From NCBI GenBank assembly GCA_033442325.1, contig JAWQFM010000021.1:76290-140289 (forward strand): a stretch of 64,000 bases of DNA, written 5' to 3'. The position numbers were made by a program, and so were the translations under genes. The stretch is from Salpingoeca rosetta (lineage: Eukaryota; Protista; Choanoflagellata). The notes beneath the pieces are model-generated. The model was not told the DNA's origin and made no database searches. It saw nothing but the letters and a program-made list of their open reading frames with translations. The stretch's first letter is position 1, and each line of letters starts with the position of its first letter. Positions 1 through 13,200 of this stretch are shown here, one piece after another.

Positions 1-237
1 ATCCACGGTTGTCACCTTCTTCTTTGGCCCAGCGCTCACAAAAACCTGCCGGGACGGACAGCGAAAGAGAAAACGCACGCACATTCATCCAACACATACG
101 TTGTTAGCGCAGATGTGGTGTGACACAGATGCATGTATCCACTCACTCGCACACGGTCACACACTCACTCACAGCTGCACACACACACACACACTCACTC
201 ACTCACAGCTGCGCACACACACACACACACACACACA

Positions 238-328
<91 letters not shown>

Positions 329-496
329 CAAAACCACACTGACGTAAATATCCAGGAGCTGGTCTTGGGCAAAGTGGGGCGTGACACAGTGGGCGTTGGG
401 GCCACCACAGGGCTGCGGCACAACCACTTGATACAGCACGCTCGCCGTAAACGCGAGGTATGCCGCAATGGCGACCACCACCACCGCATACAACAT
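1..496 (-). CDS. CLPTM1L: CLPTM1-like protein (CLPTM1L family), 5' part; gene runs off the window start
   Basis: Exon 1 (496..344) reads MLYAVVVVAIAAYLAFTASVLYQVVVPQPCGGPNAHCVTPHFAQDQLLDIY. This is an N-terminal TM helix followed by PC-x-C-x-P, resembling the CLPTM1L N-terminus as I recall it. GT donor at 343, intron with (GA)n/(GT)n, AG acceptor, next exon 45..1 (VFVSAGPKKKVTTVD). Confidence 0.6.
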
Positions 497-580
497 CTCC
501 GCTTCAACTTTGTCCTGCTGCTGGCTGGTCGTCTTGGTTGTTGGCGATTGGTGGGAATCGTTGGTTAATTTTCCACAAGG
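497..580. promoter_or_regulatory. Putative bidirectional promoter between CLPTM1L-like and PPR genes
   Basis: Divergent predicted ATGs separated by only 84 bp, with a short AT-rich core (ttggttaatttt). Confidence 0.45.
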
Positions 581-1670
581 ATGCAGCGTGCGGCGAGAAC
601 AACAGCGGCGGCAGTGGTGGTGGGTCGACAGCGTGGTGCTGTGGTGGCACGGCACATGTTCTCGCTACATGTCCACACCTCCTCGCAGCAGAGCAACGGC
701 GGCGGACAAATGGCCACCACAACGTGCTTGGGATGTGCGCACCTGCGTGGGGCCTCTCTATCGTGGCAGGTTCGGCGCGGGCTGGCATCGCAGCGACCCC
801 TGCACCAGCAACTTGCAACCTCACAGCGTGGGCTTGGGCCGCGTGCAAGCCTGACTTCTTCAACGCGGGCATCATCGCAGCTGCAGCAGCAGCTCGATCG
901 CACCCTTTTGCACGCTTCTTCCGTCACTGCGCCACTTTCAGCGCAGCGTGAACAGTGCCACGAGCAGCAAGAGACTGGCGATGCAAGACACCATGCTGAT
1001 CAACGTCGCGGGACAGCTCCATCCCCTGCACCGTTGACAACGGCATCGGACATGTCACGCAGGCAACTGAAGCGCGTTCGCAAGCAATTGAAACAACACG
1101 TAGAATCTGGGCAGTACGATCGTGTTGTGGCATTTGTGCGCGCCCTGGTGCGCTCCCTACTTGAAGGCGCTGGCCGTGGCGGGCACGCCCAAAACACAGC
1201 CACTGGCACAGCCGCCGACGCAGCCGCGCGCACAGGTGGCGGCAGCAACCATGGTACCGTCAATCGTGCTGACAGCTCCCATACTCCACGCCACCGGGTA
1301 GCACACAGCACAGAACAACAGAGGCAGCCGCGACAGCCGCGACAGCGAACCCTTGATGGCCCCTCGATGTGCATGGTGGTTGAGGCGATGACAGCGGCGC
1401 TAGATGTGCGGGAAGTGCTGGAACTGACAACGCAGCTGCGTGCAACCAACCACGCCTTCCCGCGCCAGGCGCCAGCGGTATTTATTGAACAGCTGATGCG
1501 CAAGCACTTTGCTCGCACTCCCCACGCCCACAACGACAATGTCTCGGATGACTACGACGATGATGGTGCTACAAGCCGGGATGGTCGTGACGACCAGACG
1601 ATGCCCACGTCGCAACCTCCACACTCCCCAGACGGTGCCACAAACACCTTTTTCAGCCATCAGCACGATC

Positions 1671-1758
<88 letters not shown>

Positions 1759-1780
1759 CCAACAACAACACCAACAACAA

Positions 1781-1818
<38 letters not shown>

Positions 1819-2743
1819 ACACACAAGCGACTCACACCCGAGACCGCCATCGCCTCCTCCATCCCCGTCATCAGCTGCACCACAGCGCTGGACAAGGCAC
1901 CCAATAACAGCAACAGCAGCAGCAGCACCTGCAATGCGGGGGCGCGATGCCGTGTCGCTGTTCCTCGAGTTCCGCCGCTTGACCGGCACCACGCTGAGCG
2001 CAGCGTTGGTTGATGAGGTTGGCCGGCGCCTGAGGCACGTAGTGCCGCCGGGTGTGCTGCGAGACGTGCTGCACGGCTTGGCCTGGGAACTGGCGAGGCG
2101 CGGGCTGCACATGCCGCCCCGGGCGTGGCACACGTACGTGGTCGCTGTGCGGCGGGCCGGCGACGTGGGCGACGTGGGCGACGTGCTTGACCTAGCAGAG
2201 CAGACGCGCGTGCGGCTGAACCGGCACCAGTACGCGCTGCTGCTGCAGTTGGCGAGCGGGTGCCGGCGAGAAGAGCTGGTGGAGCACGTCTTCCAGCACA
2301 TGTGCGACAACGGGGTTGAGCCTGCGGTGTGGGCGTGGTCGGAGCGCATGCGCTGCTTTGCACTCAGGGGCGATGTGGCCAAAGTGGAGGGCATGATCCA
2401 GGAGATGAAGCGGCTGCGGCTGGTGCTGCTGCCGGCTGTGTTCCACCGCTTCTTGGAGGCGCACGTGCACGCCGGCGACTTGTCTGGTGCGGAGCAGGTG
2501 TACAACATCTTCGTGCGCACGGGCCACAAGGTGCACCCTGCGCTGCTGCTGCCGCTGCTGCGGGCGTACTTGGAGGAGCACCGGCCCGACGCCGCGCTGA
2601 GCGTGCTTGTTCGCATGCGCACGCATGCCCTCCACGTGCGCAGCAGCGACATTGACGCCATCATTGACATGTACACCGCCAACCGTGACGTTGCCGGCCT
2701 CCTCAAGGCCCGCGCTTTTCGTGACGCCATCAACAAGGCATAG
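581..2743 (+). CDS. Pentatricopeptide-repeat (PPR) protein, probably mitochondrial, with a long polyQ tract
   Basis: Single-exon 720-aa ORF. The N-terminus is Arg-rich and acid-poor, like a mitochondrial presequence. The C-terminal third has ~35-aa helical repeats (YALLLQLASGCRREELVEHVFQHMCDNGVEP; WSERMRCFALRGDVAKVEGMIQEMKRLRL; FHRFLEAHVHAGDLSGAEQVYNIF; LLRAYLEEHRPDAALSVLVRM). Confidence 0.8.
1670..1820 (+). repeat. (CAA)n/(CAG)n coding microsatellite (polyQ) in the PPR gene
   Basis: CAA then CAG triplets, in frame, with two His interruptions. Confidence 0.95.
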
Positions 2744-2831
2744 GGTCATGTCGACCGTGTAGTGTGTTTGTGTGTGTTGAGAGTGTGCGCAGCTGTGTGT
2801 GTGTGTGTGTGTGTTTTGAGAGTGTGCGCAG

Positions 2832-2864
<33 letters not shown>

Positions 2865-3562
2865 GAGAGTGTGCGTGTGTGTGTGTAGAGAGAGAGAGCG
2901 CGAGCTCGTGTCACATCACTCGACCTTGGGCCACACAAAACCACACGTGATTAAATGACCATCAAATCACATCAATCACCAGTCACGCTGACGACAGGAT
3001 AAAAAGGTTGTTGTAGTCACCGTTTTTGCCTGCATGCACGAAAATTTTCCTCCCCAAAACCAAAAGACCACACCCGACCGAACAACGCGAAGCCAAACAG
3101 CCAAAACCAAAACCACGCCAAAACAACTCGCTCGCTCGCGAACTTTTCAGCAGGGTGCGGTCCAAAACACTTGTGCCAAACACAACCCTTCCGTCCTCGG
3201 CTGGCTCGCTGCTTGCGTCTTCCCGCACCCCACACACGCACACGCACACACGCACAAGCACGCATACGCAGCACAGTCCTGCCTTCTGCGCGTTCAAACA
3301 CCCTTGCTGACATCTTCCACGAAGGAGAAGGCGGCGGCGCGGCAACAACGACCACCAAACAGCCACTGCACAGGTGAGAGCACGTTGCCAGTGACAGCCA
3401 CTGGCCGCCAACCACGCTTGTTGGTGTACCGGCATCCGGCGTGCCCCCGATGTCTTGTCTGGCATCCCCTTTGATGTGCTGCATGCAGCTTTGGGTGGCT
3501 GGTGGGTATCAGCCTTCAAAGCAAACATGCCCCGTCAAGTCGTCAGTGTTTGCTGTACTGCC

Positions 3563-3624
<62 letters not shown>

Positions 3625-3681
3625 TGTGGAAAGTGTGATCGCTGCGTGACAAACATGTGTGTGCGCATGTGTAGCAGACGC

Positions 3682-3750
<69 letters not shown>

Positions 3751-4230
3751 CGTGTGTGTCTGCAGTTGCGATCTGCACATGTGTGTTGTCAGTCTGTCAG
3801 TCATACGCCACCACCACCACCACCACAAACAACAGCAAGCACGCCTTGTCCTCCCACCCCCCCCCCCTTTGCGTTGCTTTGGGACTTCCATTTGCTCTGC
3901 CAGCGAGGCTTGCGTGTCTCCACATCTGTCTCGTGCCATCCTCTGGCAGCATCCTCCACCTTCTTCTCGCTCTTCTCCTCTGTCGCTGCCATCGCGTGCA
4001 ATCACACTCCGCACCTACCTCCTTACTGCTTGCTCGCCCCCTCCCCCCTACACTCACCCCTCCACGCACATCCACGTACACGCACACGCACGCACACGCG
4101 CCCACACGCGCACGCCCAGGTGCTCGCTTGCTTGGCGACACCGTTGCCTGCCTCCACTTGCCTGGGCAGCCACAACCAAAACGGCAACGTGCTGCGACGT
4201 CGCCACACACTTCAAGGTGGCCGCAGTGGA

Positions 4231-7200
4231 ATGCGACCCGCCGCCCGCGCGGGTCAGCACCACCCGTTGCATGTGTCTGTCGTTCGGACCCTCATCACAG
4301 CGCTGCTCCTGTCACTATGCTGGCAAGCGGCGTTGCTCCAGCCTGCAGCCTTCCTGGCTGCAGCTGACCCTTCATCAACAACCACAACAACAACAACAAC
4401 CACAGGTGAGCCGCATCGCGTTGGCAGATCGTCCAGCTTGCCTGGCTGCTGAAATGCATGATAGCTGGCATGATCACNNNNNNNNNNNNNNNNNNNNNNN
4501 NNNNNNNNNNNNNNNNNNNNNNNNNNNNNNNNNNNNNNNNNNNNNNNNNNNNNNNNNNNNNNNNNNNNNNNNNNNNNGCACGCGATCATGTACACACAGC
4601 GCACATCCGCACTGCAAAGGCTCATGTCCACAGACATGCTTGCACGCACCAGCAACCAACCCCCCCCCACCCCACACACACATAATACAGATACACACCC
4701 CCCCACCCACACACACACATAATACAGATACATATCCACAATCCTACACACACACACATATAATACAGATACACACACACGAATGCCATGTGAAGATGCA
4801 TCGCTCATGTCTGCTGTATGCATTGCGCTTCGGTGATAGAAGGGATTGGGTTGTCCACAACACAGGATATGGGCACGCTCGCACAGACAACCACTGTCGC
4901 AGACACGATGCAGCCCACCACTGCAGACACCAGCAACACCACCAGCAGCGATACAACCACGCCAGAACCGACAACGGACACTGCGGAGATGACCACGGGG
5001 GAGCTGACGACGACAGATGACGTGGGCGATCCCGCAACATCAACAGCGCCCATGACAACCATAAACGCAGTGTCGTCGTCAACCAGTACCACCGCACCAA
5101 TTGAGACAACGACTGGCACCGACCTGACCACCACCGACACCCTCGAGGAAACCACCGCTGACACATCCACATCAACAAGTACATCGACAAGCACATCCAC
5201 AAGCACATCCACCTCCACCTCCAGCAGCAGCAGCACGTCGGCGATTGACACGACCAGTGCTGACCTGACGACAACGGAGGGGCTTGAGGAAACGACCACA
5301 GACACATCCACTTCATCAAGCACGTCCACATCCACATCCACAAGTACCTCCACATCCACATCCACCTCCACCTCCACCTCCACCTCCACCTCCAGCAGCA
5401 GCAGCAGCAGCACGTCGGCGATTGACACGACCAGTGCTGACCTGACGACAACGGAGGGGCTTGAGGACACGACCACAGACACCTCAACATCCACGTCCAC
5501 ATCCACATCCACAAGTACGTCCACATCCACTTCATCAAGCACGTCCACATCCACATCCACAAGTACCTCCACATCCACGTCAACCTCGACATCCACATCC
5601 TCGTCCACCTCCACCTCCACCTCCAGCAGCAGCAGCAGCAGCACGTCGGCGATTGACACGACCACTGCTGACCTGACGACAACGGAGGGGCTTGAGGAAA
5701 CGACCACAGACACATCCACTTCATCAAGCACATCCACGTCCACATCCACAAGTACCTCCACATCCTCGTCACCTCCACTCCACCTCCACCTCCAAGGGCA
5801 TGACTACCTCTGACTCCTAACAATTGACACGACCAGTGCTGACCTGACGACAACGGAGGGGCTTGAGGACACGACCACAGACACCTCAACATCCACGTCC
5901 ACATCCACATCCACAAGTACGTCCACATCCACTTCATCAAGCACGTCCACATCCACATCCACAAGTACCTCCACATCCACGTCAACCTCGACATCCACAT
6001 CCTCGTCCACCTCCACCTCCACCTCCAGCAGCAGCAGCAGCAGCACGTCGGCGATTGACACGACCACTGCTGACCTGACGACAACGGAGGGGCTTGAGGA
6101 AACGACCACAGACACATCCACTTCATCAAGCACATCCACGTCCACATCCACAAGTACCTCCACATCCTCGTCCACCTCCACCTCCACCTCCACCTCCAGC
6201 AGTAGCAGCAGCACGTCGGCGATTGACACGACCACTGCTGACTTGACAACAACGGAGGAGCTTGAGGAAACGACCACAGACACCTCAACATCCACGTCCA
6301 CATCCACGAGTACGTCCACATCCTCGTTCTCATCCAGTTCTGTCAAGACAACAGCTGACCTGACGACAACGAATGACCTTGAAACAACGACCCAGGAGCT
6401 TCTGGAAACAACAACAGACACGAGCACAAGCACAAGCACAAGTTCGAGCACGTCAACCTCGACATCCACCAGCACGAGCAGCAGCTCCACGAGTGGTGTC
6501 ACAACAGATGACCTCACGACCACCGAGGCCCTGGAAGAGACGACCACAGACACGTCCACATCCACGTCAACATCGAGCTCAACATCAACATCGAGCTCAA
6601 CGTCTTCATCGACGTCCACATCCACATCGACGAGCAGCAGTGTTGAGACAACAGCTGCGCTGCCGACCACGGGTGACGTTGAGACAACAGCTCAGGACCT
6701 GCAGGAGACAACAACAGACACGAGCACAAGCACGTCAACGTCCAGCTCAACGTCCTCGTCCAGCTCCACATCCTCGTCTTCATCAACTTCGACGTTGACA
6801 TCTACGTCAAGCACTACAGATGTGCTGCCGACAACCCCGCTTGCTGTGACGACAGAGGGGATGCCAGAAACGACGACAGACACGAGCACAAGCACCTCAA
6901 CCTCAACCTCAACCTCAACCTCAACCTCAACCTCAACCTCAACCTCAACCTCAACCTCAACCTCGTCGTCCTCCTCCACGTCGTCATCATCGTCCACCAG
7001 CACGAGCACCACCACCACCAGCACAATCGACTTGCCCACAACCCTGCTGCTTGTTGAAACGACAGACCGTCTCCCGGACACCACCACTGACACGAGCACC
7101 AGCACTAGCACGTCCATCTCGTCATCCACCTCCACGTCAACATCATCCTCATCCTCCACATCGACGTCAACTTCAACGTCTTCCTCTTCCTCGTCATCCA

Positions 7201-10200
7201 GCTCTTCTGCAGTGTTGCCTGACACGACATTTGCCATCCCAACGACAGACGTTGGCCTTGAGCCAACGACCCAGGACACTGTCACATCCACATCTACCTC
7301 TACATCCACATCTACCTCCACATCCACATCTACCTCCACATCCACATCCACCTTCACATCGACGTCAAGTTCCTCGAGCTCATCCACAACAAACTCGCAA
7401 GTCGCTGTGCCCGAGTCCACGTTTGTTGTTCCGACGACCGATATCGGTGGTGAACTGACAACCCAAGACGTCACCTCGACCTCCACATCGTCGTCCACCT
7501 CCACATCGTCGTCGACCTCCACGTCTTCAACAGCATCGACAACCACCACGACCATGCCTGCGGTCGACACCACCTTCCAGGACTTTGATGCCACCACGCA
7601 CGCTGATTTGCCAACCACAGATGCGCTGCCTGGTGCTGCCGAGCGCGGTGCTCAAGCAACGTTGGAGGAGGACTGGCTGTCCACGCCAGACTGGACAACG
7701 ACGGCTGAAGGAACAAAGGCACCAAGCGCGGTGGCGACAACGATGGCTGGTGATGACACGACAGTAGGCGAGCAGGTCACGGTGGACAGTTTGGGCAGCA
7801 CGGTCGACGCCCTGCCCACAACCGCTGATCATGTGGCTGATGCCACAGCCACAGCTACAGCCGGCACGACGACAACCACAACGACAGGGCTGCCTGACAC
7901 CACAGCGTGGGAGGAAACATCTGCGGATGTTGACGTGGTGACCACAGATGTGCCTGCCACTGCCAATCCCAGAGCAGGGGCAACAACCGAACCGAGCACA
8001 CCGGCCACAGCGGCTGCTGCACCGACATCGCAGGACTGGGAAGCAACGACTGCCGATGACGCTGTCGCCAGCACTGCAGATGTTGTGTCATCTTCTTCCG
8101 ATCTTACAACAACTACAGCCACCACCACCACGACAACAACAACAACAGCGGACGTCCAGATTACGAGTGACGCGGGTGCTGCGACAACAGAAGATGATGA
8201 GCAGCTGCTGACCACCGCCGATGGCGTGCTATCGTCACCGGCAGCCCCACCAACAGCGGGTGCAACGGCGCGTGTGGCAACAACAACCCAGGATGACGAA
8301 CTGGTGAGCACAGGTGCGTCTGAGACGACGGACGATGCTGGCGGTGCGGCAAGCACGATTGACCTGAATGACGCGCGCACGGTGTCAACGCTCAGACCAG
8401 CGGGTGCAGAGCCGCTCGCCACCACCACAACCGCGACAACCACGGCTCAGCCCGTGACGTCGACGATGATGGAGACATCAACGGCACTCCCAGACACCAC
8501 CACCGGCGAGGATGCTGCGGCATCGACTGTTGATGAGACGACAACAGACACACTGGAAGACACAACGAGCGAAGCAGCATCCACAACCGCCCATGCCGAA
8601 GACACAACGGCTGACGTCACAACATCTGCACAGGACGCTCCGCTCACAACCACCGACGCTGGCACAGCAACCACACTGCCAACAACAGCGACTGCTGAGG
8701 CGACTACCGCAGACGAAACCACAACAAATGGCGCCATTGAAACAACGACAGCGGAAGCTGTGGCGACAACGACAGACGGCCTACCCGCGAGCACAGCAGG
8801 TGCATCCACCACAACCGTGGCAACGACAGAAACAGCAACAACAGCTGCTGCTGTTGACACGACAACCGATGACGACATGACAACACGCGATGCCATCGAC
8901 ACCACGGCGGACGATTTTACAACCACCGCCGCCGCCGCCACCACCACTGCTACGACGGCTACTTCCACCACGACGCCTGTTGTTGAGACGACGACGTTGG
9001 ATGATGTCGCCACAACCACCAGCGACTGGGACACGACGGTGGACGCTGAAGGGTCTCTGTCGTTCTCGGCAGCGACAACCACGACCCAGGCACCCAGCGT
9101 TCCCACAACGCACGATGATCCCACAACGCACGATGATCCCACAACGCGTGCCGAAGCCGAAACAACAACGGATGACTTGGTCACGACGACGACGTTGACA
9201 ACCAGTACCACCATCCCCACCACGGCTGTGGATGGCACGACACGCGATGATGCCACAACCTGGGATGAGGGCGCCACGACAACAGATGGTTCTGTCGACA
9301 CCTCAGCTCCATCAACTGCAACAGCTATTCCTGCCACGACGCGTGCTGAGCAAACGACGCATGATGAAGCTGCTCTCACCACCACTGACGATGTCCAGCC
9401 TACGACTGATGATGGTTTGACTACCACCACCACCACCACCACGATGACGACAACGACATCAAGCACCGCATCAACCACCACATCAACAACAGCAGCGGAT
9501 GCGACAATTGAGGTGGCAACGACACTCGATGAGCAAACCACGCGCGAGGCGGTGGAGACGACGGATGCTGTTACGACCACCACGACCACGATAACGACAA
9601 CTGTGGCTGACACCACCCGTGCAGAAGAAGAAGTGACAACCCATGATGGTGGCGACCCTGACGCGGAGACAACAGCGGATGCGAACGTCGCGACGGAGGA
9701 ATCATCCACAGCAGTGCCACCAACAACCACTGTTGAGGAAACAGCCACAACTGATGGTGCAGATGTGGTTGACACGACCATCGACATGGATGTGCCCACG
9801 ACAGCGACCGAGCCTGTCACTGGCAGTGCTCGCAAGCGGGCAACGACAACCACCGTTCCAGCCGCGTTCACCACAGATGGGTCGTTGATGACGACAGCGG
9901 AGCCAATGGACACAACAACGGATGACATGACCTCCACGTCCACGACCACAACCACGTCCACACCCGTGCCAACCACAGAAGAGCAGCTCCCGTCCACCGA
10001 CAACGCTGATGATTTGCTGTTCACAAGCACAGACCAAGGTGTCACATCCACATCCACGTCCACGTCCACGTCCACACCCGTGCCCACTACGGAGGAACAG
10101 CTCCCGTCCACCGACAACGCTGATGATTTGCTGTTCACAAGCACAGACCAAGGTGTCACATCCACATCCACGTCCACGTCCACGTCCACACCCGTGCCCA

Positions 10201-13200
10201 CTACGGAGGAACAGCTCCCGTCCACCGACAACGCTGAAGACTTGCTGTTCACAAGCACGGACCAAGGTGTTACCTCCACGTCCACGTCCACGTCCACGTC
10301 CACACCCGTGCCAACCACAGAAGAGCAGCTCCCGTCCACCGACAACTCAGATGAGCTGCTCACAAGCACGGATATGGGTATGGACACGACACCAGCGACA
10401 ACGACGACAACGACCACCACCACCACCACCACCACCACTACGGCAGCAACGACTGAGGATGTTGCTCCAACGAGCGATGACTCTGCGTCGTTCATGAGCA
10501 CGGCCGACAATGCGGAGGTGCTGTCAACAACAAACGATGTGACGTCCACATCAAGTAGCACGTCAAGTTCGACCTCGTCCACGCCAACGACCATCGTGCC
10601 GACAACACAGCCCTTGGTCGCGTCCACAGAAGATGCTGCTGCGTTTGCCTCCACAACAGACGACACGGCAACAACAAGCACGTCAACTGCACCGCAAGTT
10701 CCGACCACAGAGGCTCTGGTGGCATCGACAGATGATGCAGGTGGTCTGCTTCCGACAACGCAGGATGTCACGTCCACCGGCACATCGACATCCACTTCGA
10801 CGTCAACGTCAACGTCAACGTCAACATCCTCCTCCTCGTCATCGTCGTCGTCGCAAGTTCCCACAACAGACGCAGTGGTGCCGTCCACGGATGAACAGCT
10901 GCTGATGAGCACGAGCGATGATGCTGCGGTGCTGTCAACCACCAACGATGACGTGACATCCACATCCACCAGCACCTCCACATCATCATCATCATCCTCC
11001 TCCTCCTCGTCGTCCTCGAGTGCGTCCTCGACGGTGCTGCCCACTACCCAGCCGGAAATGGCTTCCACAGATGACAGCGAGCTGCTGTCCACAACGGAAG
11101 ATCTGACGACTACCACGACGACCACGACAACAACAACGACAACGACGTCAACGCAGATGCCGACTACGCAACCTGCGTTTGCCTCCACGGATGACATGGA
11201 GCTGCTGGCCACAACCACGGACAGTATCACATCCACGTCAACATCCACATCAACATCCACCTCAACGTCGTCATCGTCATCGTCATCCACTGTGCTTCCA
11301 ACCACGCAGCCGTTACTCGCATCCACAGACAACGGCGAGCTGTTGGCAACGACCACAGACGAAGTGACATCGACATCCACCAGTCCATCGTCATCGTCAT
11401 CGTCATCGTCATCCACATCAACATCGTTTGCACCGCGCACCACGGAAGGTCTCTTGGCATCGACTGATGGCGGCGAGCTGCTTGCAACCACCACTGATGA
11501 GATGACTTCCACGCCTACTTCCACGTCCATTTCGACGTCGACGTCATCCTCGACATCCTCCACCACCACAATATTGCCGACGACACAGCCCATGTTCGCC
11601 TCTACAGATGAGGAGCAGCTGCTGGCGACAACGACGGACGAGGTTACATCCACGTCGACGTCAACTTCAACAAGCACGTCGTCGTCCTCCTCTTCCTCCT
11701 CTTCTTCCACTGTGTTGCCAACCACACAACCGTTCATTGCCTCGACGGATGAGGCAGGAATGCTGTCAACAACCAATGACCAGGAGATGTCGTCCGCTTC
11801 AACCAGCACTACCACCACGTCGTCATCGTCATCCCCCGTGCCGCCAACGACAGAGCAAGTGTTTGCGTCAACAGACGAAGGTGTGCTCCTGTCCACCACA
11901 ACCGACGTGACGTCGACAAGCACGACCACAACCACGACATCCACGTCATCTGTGGCGCCTCCAACCACAGAGCTCTTCGTTGCATCCACAGACGATGGCG
12001 GGCTGTTGGCGACGACAACAGATGAAGTGACGTCCACAACGCCGAGCATGTCTTCGTCATCGTCGTCGTCAGTCGCACCACCCACTACGGACGCCCTGTT
12101 TGCATCCACAGACGACGGTGGCCTGCTGGCGACAACGACAGATGAGGCGGCCTCGAGCTCTACCACAACGTCCACATCAACAAGCTCGTCCACGTCCACA
12201 TCCACATTGTCCTCAACATCGTCTTCGTCGTCTTCGTCGTCAGTTGTGTTGCCGACGACACAGCCTGTGTTTGCCTCCACGGACGATGGGCAGTTGCTGG
12301 CCACGACGGCCGATATCGGAACGTCATCAACAAGCACGTCCACGTCCACGTCATCAAAGCCGATTGCGACAACCCAGGACGTGGTGCGCACCACCGATGA
12401 CGGCTTGCTCGTGCCGACAACGGACGAGGGCCTGGTCACGTCCACCTCCAGCACATCGTCATCGTCAACATCAACGGCACCGCCTGTGGCCACCACCGAT
12501 GTTGGGTTTGAGCACACGACGGAGGAGGACCTGCTGCCAACCACCGCCGATATCACGTCGACCTCAAGCAGCACGTCCACGTCGTTTGTGCCAGACGCAG
12601 TCATCTGTGTCAACGACACGGTTCTATACCGGGACGTAGTGCTGGTGCTGGACAGCTCGGCCAGCCTGCACCAGAGCGGATGGGCGGACGTGACGGACTT
12701 TGCGTCCGCCTTCCTGGAGGCGTTCCCCTCGGACACGACGCACGCGCGCGTGGCCGTGGTCGTGTTCTCCACCCGCGCATCGCTGGTTGCGGACTTTGAT
12801 GACTACCTCGGTGATCTGCGTGGCCTCGCGTCTGTTGTGGAGACGCTTCCCTTTGAGAACGGCGCTACAGCCACAGACAGGGCGCTGCGCTTTGTGCGGC
12901 AAAACCTCATTTCCTCCGTCGATGCCGGCCGCCGGTCGAATGTGGGGTCGGTTGTGATCACGGTGACGGATGGCGAGCCGAGTGCCTTTCAAGAAGACGT
13001 GCAGCAGCGTGTGGATGAGCTGGTGGCAGTTGGCGCGCAGCTGTACGCGGTTGGCGCTGGCGACTTGGTGTCAGACAGCACGCTGAACTTGCTGGGCCCC
13101 GACGGCGTGTTTCGCGTGGAGTCCACGCGCTGGCTGTTTGATCTCCTTGCTGACAACGAATTCGACCCGATCCTGTGCGGGGCTGCGGGCCCCTCCACGC

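Noticed and set aside
2983-4230. Short ORFs between the PPR and mucin genes, and at 18900-19560
   Set aside because: No recognisable domain or coherent splice pattern; treated as intergenic or UTR, though a small ncRNA cannot be excluded without a covariance-model search.
5811-5813. In-frame UGA as selenocysteine
   Set aside because: Low-complexity, non-redox context and no SECIS recognisable by eye in the microsatellite-rich 3' region.
9961-10350. Regularly spaced repeats as a possible CRISPR-like array (also 16650-16730 and 52590-52690)
   Set aside because: No unique spacers and no cas genes; these are coding tandem repeats or intronic minisatellites in a eukaryote.
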